64,000 nucleotides of DNA from Podarcis cretensis (Eukaryota). The first letter of the stretch is position 1. Each line of letters opens with the position of its first letter. Positions 1-13,168 of the stretch are shown here, piece after piece. Position numbers and translations under genes: made by a program. The stretch is from NCBI GenBank assembly GCA_951804945.1, contig OX638153.1:66154001-66218000 (forward strand), given 5' to 3'. A model generated the notes under the pieces. That model made no database searches and was not told the DNA's origin. It worked only from the letters and a program-made list of their open reading frames with translations.

Positions 1-1704
1 TCCATACTCTCAGTTGAGTATAGGATTGTGGCCATAAGCAATTATTTATCCAACGACAGGAAAAAAAGATTCCACTGCTAAATTGCTTCCCCCTGTGACT
101 ATTGTTTAAGCTCTAAAGAAAAGCCTGGAGCGAGTTTTTCCATTACTTAAAGGCTGGTAAATTTTTAAAAGGTTACCTCATCTGTAGCTAGATTAAACTA
201 AACAAACTTTTAATCAACTAAAGAGAAACATGTTTAAACAAGGAGTCTCTCTAAACATTCTCTTTTCGCTCATTTGGTATAAGGGTCATGGAAAGAAAAT
301 TCAATACTACAAAATGTAGGTAGGATTACTGTGAGGTTTAAGATTCTGCTCTTAATAATCCAGGTTTAAAAACATAATGCAGACTTTCACCCCTTTTGTT
401 GATTCAATATATGGTTGGTAATTGCAGAGCTATTACTGTGGTTTATTTTAGATATCAACATTTCTGCAATGCTCAGCATTCTCTGCTGTTTGATATAACA
501 ATCTATGAAGAAGTAATAAACATGTGTATGTGATAATGTAATTGCTGAACTAAAGTTCACAAATCAATTTTGATTTTATTTTTTTTGCAAAAACCCTTTG
601 TTTCTTATATATCATATATTTAATTTATTCAGGCTGCAGTTTAGTGTATCTTATTTGGGATTAAGCCCCATGACATATACTGGGGCATACTTTTCAGGAA
701 GCAGATACAGGATTGCCCTATAATTATTTTCTATAGTGAGATTCTGTACAATCGGAGTTCACTGAAATTCACAGCTTTGCCAATTCCCCCCCAACTTTTG
801 ATAATTAAAAAATATTAAATTAGAAACTAAACACTTTTCAGATGAGATACTAAAAATTATAAATCCTCATAAATTTTGGTCAGGGTGCTTGAACAAGAAC
901 AGATCTTTGAGGCAGGAAGATATAAAGGAACACTGATCAATGAACCACCTGCAGGATCTGAAATATTGGTCATATCAGCTACAGTTTAAACGCTCTGAAA
1001 AACTTGTTTTTCATTTGTGTTCCTTTAAGTCTCAAGCATCACAAAACATGCACCCTTTAATGGGCTGCCCGCTTAGGCAGATCCCCAGGTCTAGGGAAGG
1101 TAATTGAGAAAGGCTCCCATTCATTTCCATTTTAAGTTTGTCCTCGATACCTCCAGTGAAAGCTACCACCTTTATTTACTGTTAAAACGAGAGAGTGAGA
1201 GGGCTTGACTGCAGTAAAGGCAGGATGGGGAATCTGATTTGGCCGGTGGACCAGATCCTTATCCAAATTTGATGTCAATATCCTGATGTCACAATTCTAT
1301 TTTCTGCTGCTGTTGATTGCATCTTTGTTTCCTGCCTTTCAGTATTTTAAGCCCATGGGTGAAGCTGGAGCTTCTGACAGGGTCTCATGGCAGCTTACAG
1401 ATAAAAATAATACATTCTCCTTGTCAGACACCTTACTGTGTAGCCAGATTTGGGCCTTCTACCACCACTTGCAAAAAAAGCATGCAAATGCAACATAATA
1501 TACTGCAGCAGAGGGCCCAATCAACTTACGGTATAGTTGGCCCCCAAATTCCTGTTGGCATCCTTGCAAGTACTGATCACACCATTCTGAACATAAATGG
1601 ACCTTGGAATCTAGCAAGCTGGCATTTCACCGAATGCAAACATTTTAAATAGAACTGTGTCTCTCAACTTCAGATGTATCAACTGTGTCTTCTCAACTTC
1701 TCTT

Positions 1705-2490
1705 GTGAACCCAAGAGTCTGTTGGATCAGTCCAAAGGCCCATCTAGTCCAGTTCTAACTGCGGCAAACCATTAAGCGCACTTTCCCCTCCTGTGATTTC
1801 CAGCAACTGGTATTCAGAAGCATTACTGCATGACTGGGGAGGCAAAGCATAGCCATTGTCACTAGTAACCACTGATGGCCTGACACTCCATGAATTTGTC
1901 CCAATTCTCTTTTAAAGCCTTTCAAGTTGGTGATCATTACTGCTTCTTGCGAGAGTGTGCTCCACAGTTCAACCATGAGCTGCATGAAGTACTTTCTTTT
2001 ATCTGTTCTGAATCTTCCAACATTCAGCTTCACTGGATGTCATAAGAGGAAGAAACTTTCTCTATCCACTTTCTCCATGCCATGCATACCCCTATAAACT
2101 TTTCTAAACTAAACAGTCTCAATTGCTGCAACCTTTTCTAATGGGGAGCTGCTTTATCCCCTTGTTGATTTTGATGAACCTTTTGCACCTCTATGCCTTT
2201 TGAGGTGCACTGACCATTTACTGCCAGTTTAAATCCCCATGAACACATATTTCCCCCCCAACATGCATCACTTTACCCTTGTTTACATTTAATTCCATTT
2301 GCCATTTTAACACCCATTCACTCAGTTTAAGCAAGTCCTTTTGGAGCTCTTCACAACCTTTTTAACAACCCTGAACAGTTTAGTATCACCAGCAAATCTG
2401 GAACTGCTCACCCCTAACTCTAGATCCTTTATGAACTAGTTAAGAAGCACAGGTCCCAATACCAGTCCTTGAGAGGGACTCCACTTTTTA
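1705..2490 (-). mobile_element. Degraded CR1 LINE 3' fragment
   Basis: ORF 1755..2033 (KLNVGRFRTDKRKYF...WSTLSQEAV...FKREL) resembles the CR1 ORF2 C-terminus; upstream reads FNVNK..VMHVG-like. Confidence 0.75.
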
Positions 2491-2537
2491 CATCACTCTA
2501 TTCAGACAAATGCTTTTAAGTACTGAACACAAGTTAT

Positions 2538-5500
2538 TTTATTTCACACTCTCACAGAGCTATTTAGAGAAGCTTTATCTTAAGCAGCAAAACAATTTTA
2601 CATGTTTCATACAAGCATTTGTTCATTCTTAACTTATCCAATGAATTAAGCAGACACACCCATTATGATTTATTATTTTTATTAATAGTCTTGGCTAGTG
2701 TTAAAGTGTACAGGAAAAATTATATGTTAATATTGTCATACAAAAATTAGCCCTTGGAATATCCAAATATTTTAGAAAAATCAATAAAAAGCGTAATAAT
2801 ATACTTGTAAAATTGTTACTTTTCTTGAAGAAATGGGTTCTGAAGTTCTGCAGACTGAATTTTTTAAGCTTGCTTCAAAACAGTCACATCTCTAAAGATA
2901 CTCAACTTTTAATAAAAAAAAATCAAATAAGAATTTTTGTAACTATTTAGTAACTAAAATTTAGCAGTTTGGACGGTTACAAGTGATCTTTAAAAGCCAA
3001 GACATTTCAAAATACAATTCCACAGGTAAAACCTTAATATGTAATGAGGTTCTAATCAAAGCAACCAACAAACACATGCAGATGAACATATGGAAGAATT
3101 TCATAGATTATTTAATGAAAACAAAGGTATTTATAATAAAATGTTAGATTTATACTAGTTATTTGGCACACACTACATTTTCACAACTTTGCTAATACTG
3201 AAAAATTACCATCTCAGTGCTGTATGGTTTATTATTGTAGTAACCTCTTATATAAAACATGGATATTGTGTGAACATGTTCTTGGCAAAATAAAGTCCCT
3301 TGAAGTGTGTTCAAAATAAGTAGAATAATTTAACCCCAATAATATTTATGTAAGCATATATAATACAACCATGCTCTATGGGACACGAAGAGATTTTAGT
3401 CGCTACTTTGGAAGAGGAAAGGAGGATAAAAAGAGATACCAAACTAAACTTTGTTTCATTATGATCACATTTTAGTAAAAACAGTTTCCTAGAATATTTT
3501 AAAACAGGTTTTGTTGATTCTACTTAGGATATGTACATTCTGGGTTAGACCCAGACCTCTGAATGGCACTAAAAAAATTCCAGGGGAAAAGGAAGGGTTG
3601 GGGGAGGGGGGTGGCAATTTGTACCAATTCCCCCTTCACCACCTCCTATCTACAATCTGAACATCTACTCTGAAGAGTTGGTGGGAGGGGCTCTAGAACA
3701 TAGGGGGAGGCATGGAAGGCTGCAGGAAGGGGAGAAATCAGCAAAAATGTCTTCACCTCTATGTGGAGTCCTCTGTCACACAGCCCCTTGCATGTAGGGC
3801 TGCTCTGGGTTTAGCCCTAGGCTTCTACATTTCTCTTACCTTTCTTACAAATTATATTTGTAACAAATCCTATTATTATGATCTGGGATTTTAACTTGTT
3901 TATGTGGAGTTTTAAGTAACAGTTTAGATAACATGGTAACATAAGAGTTAAAGGTAAATTATATATAATCATTAGATATAGTGTCAGAATTACATGACGA
4001 TATCCACATTCAGCCTTTTGGCACTGGGTGTACTGTTTAGTAACAATATATGCTGCAATAGCAATGGCTGAATTGAGCGGTATGTCAAATAGAGCCCAAA
4101 ACAGGCTGTTTTTTGTTTTGTTTTTTTAAAGAAAGCCAGTAGCATACTATGAGATTTTTCCCTTTTGCACCTCCTCTGCATACATTTTTCAATTTGAATG
4201 TTCCTTCACTTATGGCAATAAAAACTAAGCTGAGAGTAAGATCTTATTACCGTTACCAAAAACCAAGTAAATGAAGCCTTGCTTCAAGAACAAGCATCTG
4301 TTTTCTTACCTTACCTCTAGGATAAATGGGAAATGCAATTTAACGATTAAGCAGGATCACTTCATTTTTTTAACTGCAAATATCTATTTCTGCAGAATTG
4401 TCAAAATAAGCCACCAAGTTCACATGGGGTATTTCCCTGCTTTACTTTTAATAATCAAAATTATTGCTACTTGCTGGGACCAGCAAGCTTTTAGGCTTAC
4501 TCTGTATGTACATCTTCAGCTTGATCTGTCATTATCTGCAAACCCATGCAAGAACAATAGCTTTCCTCTGTTCTCCTTAACATACTGTATATACATTACA
4601 ATATAAGGACATGAAACATATCAGATTATCAGAATAGGGGTGTGAAAGCAACCAAGAGCAGGTTGTCAGCACACAACCTACAGATTCACCCCAGAGTTCC
4701 TGTTGTTCCTTAAGATGAAGACTAAAAGGATGTGTTTGTTTTTAAGCACAGTGCAAATGCCCATGCATGGAGATTTTGGGGCTGCAGATAAAGAGGCTAC
4801 CAGCAGTAGCCATTCTCCTGACTATGGCATCCTGGCTGTCCCTTTACTTACAGAGTATGTGCCCAAGACTGGTCTATCATGCTACTTTTAAAAATATTTG
4901 ACCTTTTTAAAGACAAAGTCCCTGAAATATTATAAGATTTGCTTTCTAAACTGCACAATGCCTTTAAAAACTATATTGGTTTTTCTTAGATAAAAACACA
5001 AAAGGTTCATGTGCAGTAGTTACTTGAAAAAATGACTACAAACCTTAGAAAGGTAGGGCAGTGCAGGAGTGATACAGGCACAGAGTTCTATATGCTACTA
5101 AATATAAGAAAAAATGGCACTGAAGAATTCCATTTTGTCACGTACATTGTTACTGGATCAGCTACATGCAAAGAACTGCATCCCAAGGACCAAAAGTTCA
5201 CTCAAGGCTTTAAGTCACAGTCTTCTCCAGCAAAAGCTCCCAGCACTTATCTTTCATGTGAGCATTAAAAGCCATATGATACTTGTGGGGATGGTGGTTT
5301 AAAGTAGTCTTAAAACTGTATGCACATTAGCCACACTAGGGTATCAAGGAAGGCTGTGGAGGAAATTCAAAGCTTTTGCGGACTTTGGACCTCAAGATTG
5401 TTATCATGATCAGTTGATTCCTTCAGTGCAAAAAACAAACCCAAAATAGTGGTAGTAATCCATATTCAGATGAAAAATATTAGCTAGGAAGTATATATAT

Positions 5501-6255
5501 CTTTGTAGCCAGTGTAGTAAAATCAGCTCAGTAGAAGAGTAGTAACCAAAGTTAAAAAAACTATCACGTTACACCATAACATTAAAATATTGACTATGTT
5601 TTAAGTTGTTTTCAAATGAGGCATTACAGAAATGACAATACAGTTGCACATTGAATGTGAATGGACCTCCCAAGTCACAGCAGGATAAGCATCTCTCCTC
5701 ACAAAATACGTCACTGTGTCACAAGTCTCAAATGGCTCCAATTCATGAAGGTATCTGCCAAAATGAAAATATTGAAAGGCACAACTGTTATTTAATTTAC
5801 CTTTACATTTTGAAATTGAGCTGTAGTGCAAATACGAATTTTGAAATAGCTTCTCAGCCATGAATCTATAGAGCAGCAATGCTCAAAGTAAGACTCTTGC
5901 TACAAGTATTGCTTTTAAAAAGTAAGAGTGGCATGTATGTTATATCTGTGCTTTATGCCATCAAAGTGACACCACTATAGTTCTCCACTAAAAAGTTGTA
6001 AGCTATAGTACATGTAAACTCTTTTACCATGTAAATTCCTGTCAGGCAGGTTTCTTCCACCATATTCACTATTCCTGCCTGAGTGAACCAATTTTTTAAT
6101 AAGACTAAAACTGTGGCTATCAACCCTATTTTAGCTTTTGTCCTATCTCTCCCCCACCCCCACCCCACCATTCCCTTGTTTAACTATTTGATTCTTCTTC
6201 CTTATTTTCACCTTCCAGTTGTAGGTGCATGAAGTAAATGTACGAAGTTGTATGT
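2538..6255 (-). other. SEPTIN2: SEPTIN2 putative terminal 3'UTR exon
   Basis: Polypyrimidine acceptor tttttctcctccacttaag| at 6256-6257; AT-rich, repeat-poor tract; minus-strand AATAAA near 2680 and at 2543-2538. Both ends are inferred. Confidence 0.45.
3541..3821. mobile_element. Old MITE-like insertion in the SEPTIN2 3'UTR region
   Basis: Imperfect terminal inverted repeats TGGGTTAGACCCAGA ... TCTGGGTTTAGCCCT; GC-rich interior in AT-rich context. Confidence 0.4.
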
Positions 6256-6340
6256 CTTAAGTGGAGGAGAAAAATAAATTGCCCCCATTTAGTCTATAGT
6301 ACAGGGGTTTAAATCTCCTTCTCCCTGTGTTGTTCCCTGT

Positions 6341-6442
6341 TTAGGGGAGCTTTTAACGTTTGATGCATTACTGTATTTTAATATTGTGTTGGAAGCCGCC
6401 CAGAGTGGCTAGGGAAACCTAGCCAGATGGGCAGGGTATAAA

Positions 6443-6491
<49 letters not shown>
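6341..6491 (+). mobile_element. L2-type LINE extreme 3' end with (TTA)n tail
   Basis: GGAAGCCGCCCAGAGTGGCT...GGGTATAAAT then (ATT)n; same family as 30460 and 42333. Confidence 0.75.
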
Positions 6492-6493
<2 letters not shown>

Positions 6494-7218
6494 AGTAACA
6501 TGGGTTGTTCCATTACTACATATTCAGCACAACATATCTCTATTGCCTCAAAGCCAAAGACTTTCTTCACTTCTATTAAATGTAGAACATTCCCATGTTC
6601 AAAGGTAAGAGAGCCACTTCTATTGCCGAACTTCTCTATTACCTCTGTCTCTCCCTACTACTAGAATACAACCCCCAGGAGGTTCTCTGCAAAGGAATGA
6701 GGCCCCCGGGACTGAAAAAGCTTCTGCCCCCTCCACAGCTCTTACAACATTTCCAAGCTGAGGAAACGAGGGCACAGTACTAAGGTGCCTCCATGTTTTC
6801 TCTCTTCCTGGTCTTAAAGGCCCGATTCCATGTAGGGCACAATGGGTAGTGGCATGTGCAGCCCTGCAAAATTTGCAAGGCTAACTTAGAACTACCACAT
6901 TTCTGACACTGCAGCCCATGGGGGCTATCCAGGTGCTGCTGAACTGTAACCATCACCAGCTTCAGTCAGCATGGCCAATGATCAGGAATGATGGGAACTG
7001 CAGTTCAACAACATATGGAGGGCACTGCATAGGCTTTGTCTAGAGCAGGGATAGCCATATGCACTTATATGCAAACTAACACAAGCATGTAGAAAGTACT
7101 ACACAAAGACTGATCCAGAAGTCAAAATGTGTATTTAAGACACACAACCCTGCTTTTCCTGCATAGCAGTATTTTACTGATAATAGCTTTTCTATTAAAA
7201 TGTTTCTTACCAAATAAT

Positions 7219-7323
7219 TTAAACTTTGTGCCCATGGATGCCATCACTGTCTCCTTCTCCACCATGCCTCTGCATCTGCATCTGTGCTTGCATTCTTGCA
7301 ATCATCTCTTGCATCCGACGGAG
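7219..7323 (-). CDS. SEPTIN2: SEPTIN2 last coding exon ([34 protein letters not shown]); exon continues to 7211
   Basis: ttctag|CTC CGT CGG...GTT TAA ATTATTTG|gtaag; coiled-coil tail. Confidence 0.95.
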   Translation of the reverse strand, partial: LRRMQEMIARMQAQMQMQRHGGEGDSDGIHGHKV

Positions 7324-8360
7324 CTAGAAGAAAATGATACAATCTTTACTGTGTTTTTATTCTGAAAATATGGCTCTTCTGCAGATGTTGTTGTTTTGCA
7401 AAAGTGAGTATAACAAATTGCTTTCTTCCTTCCTCATTACAACAGACTATGGTACTCATAGTCGCAAAGTAGTCTCAAAAAATAAAAAGCAAGCATTTAA
7501 CAGGTAGCCAAATGATTAAAATTCATTGAACTCAGTGCTATTTAATCACAATTAAATGTACATAGGACCACAGCCTTAGTTAATTTGAAACGTACAAATG
7601 AAAGCTTGCAGCTGCAATTTCTATTAAAGCTGCAATAATGAAGGTTTCATTTATGTTTTTTGGAATCACAATTTCTAATTTGTGTGTCTGCACAGAGTGC
7701 ACAAGTAAAATGAATATTTAATTTAGCATTAAAAGAGCAAGATGGGAAACTTACAGAGTTCAGCCATGGACATTCTAAAATGAAAACTGCTAGACAGAAA
7801 AGCTATGCTCAAACAGAACACTAGGCCATGGTTTAGAATAATGAGAATGAGCTGCAGTGAACTCCAGACTAATTCTCCTCCTACTTCACTTCTGGCTCGG
7901 CCAAGGGGAGATTGGAAGATTCTTTTTATGCTTCATATTAACTACAGCTGAGCATGGCATTTGAACCCTTAACTGAAGTTAATTTTAGCATTAGTTAGTT
8001 GAAATAAGCTATTTTCTTCAACTGAAGTTTTTTTTCCCCTACAACAAACCATAGTTAAGATTCATTCTTTGTGCTTGTTTCACCACTAAATGAAGTGTAT
8101 TGAACAGTAAGCACTGGACAAAGTACAAGATTTACTGGACTCTGAGGCACCAGTTAACCTTCTCTTTCGATAGAGCATTCCCCAACCCTCTGGCAAGATA
8201 TGTCTGGGGCAGAGAACCAGATAGGTCTTGCATGGGTAATATATATCTGGGCTTCAATAGAAGTGTGACTGCCTTTGTCCCCTCAAGAGAACACGGAAAT
8301 AAAAGAAAAAGATCAATTGTGAGGTATTAGATGTATTTTAAGTAAAAATAAAATCCTTAC

Positions 8361-8418
8361 TTCAGCTTCCTTTTCCAGCAAGATTTGGTCTTTGTTAACT
8401 TCTTCATCTTCAACCTTC
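8361..8418 (-). CDS. SEPTIN2: SEPTIN2 coding exon (KVEDEEVNKDQILLEKEAE)
   Basis: tatag|G AAG GTT...GAA|gtaag; 58 nt. Confidence 0.95.
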
Positions 8419-8551
8419 CTATATACAGGGAAGGAAGAGGAACAATTAGGCAGAGAAATAGCTTTTTATTAGATCTTTTTGAAAGAAAAGTATCACCACC
8501 ACACATCAATGCAATTCAATGGAACTGCAGAAACAAAGAAGAGGTACCAAC

Positions 8552-8635
8552 CTGCCACCTTTTTTAAGTCTTTCAGAACGGAAATTTTCATAGTGAAGGT
8601 CTTGAGTAACTTCCTGGAGATCCTGCATGTGAGTG
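8552..8635 (-). CDS. SEPTIN2: SEPTIN2 coding exon ([27 protein letters not shown])
   Basis: tccag|C ACT CAC...GGC AG|gttggt; 84 nt. Confidence 0.96.
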
Positions 8636-9573
8636 CTGGAAAAGCAAAGAAGCACAATGCTATATATAGTTTGTGACCAAGAGCTAGAATGGATGTGAAG
8701 GAATTCTGGCAAAAATATGCAGTGTGAGGAAAAGGTTGGGGAGCAGGAAAAGCTGGGAGAGTCTGAGGACTGTGCTTTTATGTTCTGTAGGGGAAAATCA
8801 TCCTGGACAACAGACCTGTACAAGATGCAGAAGTCTTACCCATTGATCACCAAGGCTAGCTTTTCACACACAGTTCTGAACATAGTTTATGCAAATTAGC
8901 AAAGCTAATATCGCACCCACACTATAAAGTACATGGCCTCACCCAAAGAATCTTGGGAACTGTCATACCCTCAGCCCTGTCCAGTCCTTCTTAGAAAACT
9001 ACACATTTAAAAACTAACTTTAGAAGAAGTAATGCAATGTAAAGTTATAGAAATCTGACTGATGAATATTCATTCTGGACAAAATAACCATGCTAAAGAC
9101 AACAACATCAATATCATTTCCATAAACCATGCAGTTAACATATTCAGCTCATTTTCTTTTGTGGTCCAATTTCTAAACAGTCAGGAGAAAGGATAGGGCA
9201 AAACAAACCAAGCAAATTTATGTAAATTCAGCTAATGCTTTTAAAAGCACATTCCCTATATGGCTGTTTGACACTGCAGTATAGGGAGTTTCAACTTTTA
9301 TATTGTTTGTCAAGATTAGCTAACTTGTGCAAGGCCCAAGCCAAAAGTCAAATCTAACAGCAAAATTTCTGGCAAGATTATTTCTAGAATTGCCATGTGG
9401 TACAGCATTTAAAGAGAGTGATGATTCTGAAAACTTCTGCCCCGTGAAATTATTTTAATCCTGTTACTAATCAGGGAGAGATACTAAGCCTCCTTAAAAG
9501 TTCTTGTTGAATGTTTATGTGGGGAAGATGAAGTAACAACGGATAAAGTAACGAAGTAAAGTAACATGCTTAC

Positions 9574-9719
9574 ATTAGCATGGTTCTTAGCTTTAAGAAG
9601 TCATTATGCTCTGGGTTCTCCACTTCAACAACTCCCCAAGGATAGAGGCGACCTCTAACCTTTTTGCCTTTGGCCTCAATCAGCTGATTGGATCCCACTA
9701 CACAAAATGGAATGCTGGT
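9574..9719 (-). CDS. SEPTIN2: SEPTIN2 coding exon ([48 protein letters not shown])
   Basis: ttcag|ACC AGC...CTA AT|gtaagc; 146 nt; septin unique element RGRLYPWG. Confidence 0.97.
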
Positions 9720-10013
9720 CTGAAATTAAACAGGATAAAACATGTTACAACCATATGATACTTTCCTATGCAAGTAGTTCCATAGCAATAACCACCATCT
9801 CAAGCATTCAAATGAAGTGGTCAATTACTTTATTAGACATGGGAGCTTAGGAGCATAAGTTGTGTAGCTGAACTGCAACAGAGGACAAATCTTATCTGAA
9901 GGTGATTCATTTACAACTTGAGGACAAATGGGAACAGTCTATAAAGAGGCGGACATACAGCATCTGATCCATTCAATGCATCACTGTTTTTCCACCACTG
10001 ATACAGGTTTTAC

Positions 10014-10115
10014 CTTCAGAAGCCTGGTCTGTTCTTTAAAGTCCTCATCCTCATCTGATTCAGCATCAGGCAAGTGATATATCTTGATACTATGTTCTTC
10101 AATTTCATCTAGAAT
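10014..10115 (-). CDS. SEPTIN2: SEPTIN2 coding exon ([34 protein letters not shown])
   Basis: ctcag|ATT CTA...AAG|gtaaaa; 102 nt. Confidence 0.97.
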
Positions 10116-10223
10116 CTGAGCATAAACAAAAAAACAAAACAAAATTAAACAAAAAACAAAGGCATATGGGCCAAGCTCAAAGGCTGCAGGCTGTTATGCC
10201 AAGCCCTGACTTGGAGTGCAACA

Positions 10224-10226
<3 letters not shown>

Positions 10227-10269
<43 letters not shown>

Positions 10270-10470
10270 TTATTTATACCAAAACTTCAAACATTAAAAA
10301 CTTCCCAAAACAGGGCTGCCTTCAGATGTCTTCTAAAAGTCGGATAGTTGTTTATTTCCTTGACATCTGACAGGAGGGCATTCCACAGGGTGGGAGCCAC
10401 TACCAAGAAGGCCCTCTGCCTGGTTCCCTGTAACCTCACTTCTCGCAGTGAGGGAACCGCCAGAAGGCCC
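10227..10470 (-). mobile_element. L2-type LINE 3' fragment with (TAT)n tail
   Basis: ORF 10287..10490 RAFLVVAPTLWNAL...FRRHLKAALF is typical of an L2 ORF2 end. Confidence 0.8.
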
Positions 10471-11234
10471 AATGACTCCCTCGAGAACAAACTAGATCTC
10501 CCATTGACAAAAGACTGTCTCTAGCCTTAGAGATCCCAAGAGCCTCCCCAGAGCCATCTCCAGGGGATCCCGCAGAGATGCCCTTTGCGTTCTTGTCATT
10601 TCAACCAGCAGATGAGCCATTAGAAGAGTCTGAGGGAGAGGCTGACCCATCTTTGTCCTCAAGAGCTCAAGTGTCTAAAGATTCAAGTCCAGGTCACAGA
10701 CCCACAATGAAGTGTGTTTCTGAGAGCCCTAAGACACCTTGTAACTTGGAAGTAAAACCCCAAGTTGGGAGTAAGGATACCCTTAAAGACCAGCAGCTGG
10801 CCTGTAACAACCCTTACTTTGAGCTTCCTAGATGCTGGAGCAGCGCAGATCTCTAGCTCCCTGAGTTATCTTGCCTAAACTAGATCTCCTTGGCTGCTGA
10901 CTCCTGATTCCTCCTGATGCTGACCCTGGATGATGTTTTGGACTTCAACTGATTACTCATGCCTGACCCTGTCATGTCTTTGCCTTTGCATGCTTGACTT
11001 ATTCTACCATTGTTTTGTAATTTCATACACCAGACTGTAGCCTCCTTGAACTCTGCAGACTTGGGGCAGTCCATAGACTGCTCTTGCTAAAGCTGGGCAG
11101 AGGTGCAATAGGGCTCCCCCCCCCCCCCGCATCCCTCCATGACCTCCAAGCAGCTACTGAAATTTAAAGCTTTCCTTGGAGTAAGATTCAACATGACACG
11201 AAAAACTACATCTGAAAAGTTTACCAAAACTTAC

Positions 11235-11352
11235 TCTTTTCTTCAGTCTTTCTCGCTCCTTCAGAGTAAGAGTATCGGCTTTTGCAATTACAGGCACAAT
11301 ATTCACTTTGTTGTGTATGGCTTTCATGAACTCAACATCCAAGGGCTTAAGT
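11235..11352 (-). CDS. SEPTIN2: SEPTIN2 coding exon ([39 protein letters not shown])
   Basis: tag|A CTT AAG...AGA|gtaag; 118 nt; AKAD G4 motif. Confidence 0.97.
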
Positions 11353-11489
11353 CTAAAAATAATAACGTTAGAATTTTCAGTTATTTACATAGTTTTTTAA
11401 AAATTAAAAAGCCTAATATTATGCATACAGATTAGGCCACTGTATAAAATATTTTTTTACTACAAATCTACAAGAACTGCTATACATAC

Positions 11490-11624
11490 CCATGACCAAA
11501 TGGTGAAATGAAATAGAAGCAGCAGTGAACTCTATTGTCTACAATATGCCGTCTGTTCAAACCACTCTCATCATGAAGGTAACGCTCAAACTGCTCATCA
11601 ATATAGGATATAATGGTCCTGAAA
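11490..11624 (-). CDS. SEPTIN2: SEPTIN2 coding exon ([45 protein letters not shown])
   Basis: taag|T TTC AGG...CAT GG|gtatgt; 135 nt; within ORF 11480..11668. Confidence 0.97.
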
Positions 11625-12516
11625 CTTAAATAAAATATCACACTTATGTAAACATCCCTTTTCTGCAATTCTGGGCAATAGTTGCTTATGTCAAATCAAG
11701 CAATTATTTAGAAAGAGAAGCATAAAAAAGGAATGAAACCCTTAATAGTACTTTAAAGCCACTCCAAAAAAGTACACATGTACCTGCGTGTATATACATA
11801 TAAACAAAATATGTATATCCACCAAATATAAGACTCCAAATGTATTGCTCAGTTGATGGTAAGGTTGAGAAAGGGCTGACGTATCCTCCTGAGGATTTTT
11901 TTTTTGGGGGGGGGGACAGGGGAGCACTGACAATTGATTCCTGCTGTTGCACGAAGAGAAGATTTACCATCAGCTGAGAAACACCCTTAAATGCAATCCT
12001 ATGCTTATATGACAGAGGTCCAAGAAAGTTAGGAAATGATGAAGAGATGCACACTGAACTGTGGAACTGGCAATGAGCACAAACAAAAACACAGTATTTC
12101 CAGCCAACAGATGCTAAAGAACAGAAGTAGAAGCTGTCTCAACACAGCATGCTGCACTATGAGGCTGCAAGACATTACTTACAGAATGAAATCAGGTTTT
12201 GAAAGAGGACTTGGTGGAGTGGGAGAAAATGGAGGTCCTGATCACAATTAAGTTTTTCAGTGCCTGTCCCAAACAGACCTATTACATATAATCAGTCAGT
12301 AGATTTATATACTGCATTTTCCAGATTTGATCACAAAGTGGTTGGAGGGGAAAAACCTATGCTAAATACACTAACCAATACATAAAGGAATAATAGTTCG
12401 GCAAGTGACAATTCATTCAAAATATATCAAAGGAAATAAAGTTGCCAACAAGCCAATTAATGAATTCGAGAACTGAACATCTTTGAGTACACATTTTTGA
12501 CCTATGGTCAAGTATA

Positions 12517-12879
12517 AAGGTAAAGGTAAAGGTACCCCTGCCCGTACGGGCCAGTCTTGACAGACTCTGGGGTTGTGCACCCATCTCACTTAAGAGGCCA
12601 GGGGCCAGCGCTGTCCGGAGACACTTCCGGGTCACGTGGCCAGCGTGACATCGCTGCTCTGGCGAGCCAGAGCCGCACACGGAAACGCCGTTTACCTTCC
12701 CGCTGGTAAGCGGTCCCTATTTATCTACTTGCACCCGGAGGTGCTTTCGAACTGCTAGGTTGGCAGGCGCGGGGACCGAGCAGCGGGAGCGCACCCCGCC
12801 GCAGGGATTCGATCCGCCGACCTTTCGATCGGCAAGTCCTAGGCGCTGAGGCTTTAACCTTTAGCGCCACCTGTGTCAC
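12517..12879 (-). mobile_element. Sauria-type SINE, near full length, 13-bp TSD
   Basis: (ACCTTT)n tail; TSD ATGGTCAAGTATA at 12504-12516 and 12880-12892; homologous to 24076-24442. Confidence 0.9.
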
Positions 12880-12900
12880 ATGGTCAAGTATATAACATAC

Positions 12901-13024
12901 CAATCTCGACAATTGATGGCATCACCGTATCCTGGTGTATCTACCACAGTTAGACGGAGCTTTACACCCCTTTCCTCAATTTCAACTGTTGAAGCTTCAA
13001 TCTGCACAGTCCTTTCAATTTTCT
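12901..13024 (-). CDS. SEPTIN2: SEPTIN2 coding exon ([41 protein letters not shown])
   Basis: ccag|AG AAA...GAT TG|gtatgt; 124 nt; DTPG motif. Confidence 0.97.
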
Positions 13025-13168
13025 CTGGAAAGGAAACAAAATTGATCTCAGGATGGCTGAAGGCAAGATCAAGAGCCTTTGAAGCAAGATCAATAATTAA
13101 CAGTAACTAAGTATCTAGCTAAACTACAGCTGAGCCACAAACAGCAAAATAATCTGTATTTTTGACCA

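Noticed and set aside
1-620. AT-rich tract with plus-strand AATAAA near 515, possibly a convergent gene's 3' end
   Set aside because: No exon evidence in the window; the hexamer is common by chance.
10480-11130. GC-richer block with 92-aa ORF 10578..10856
   Set aside because: Probably an old LTR-like repeat, but I could not find termini, a TSD or protein motifs.
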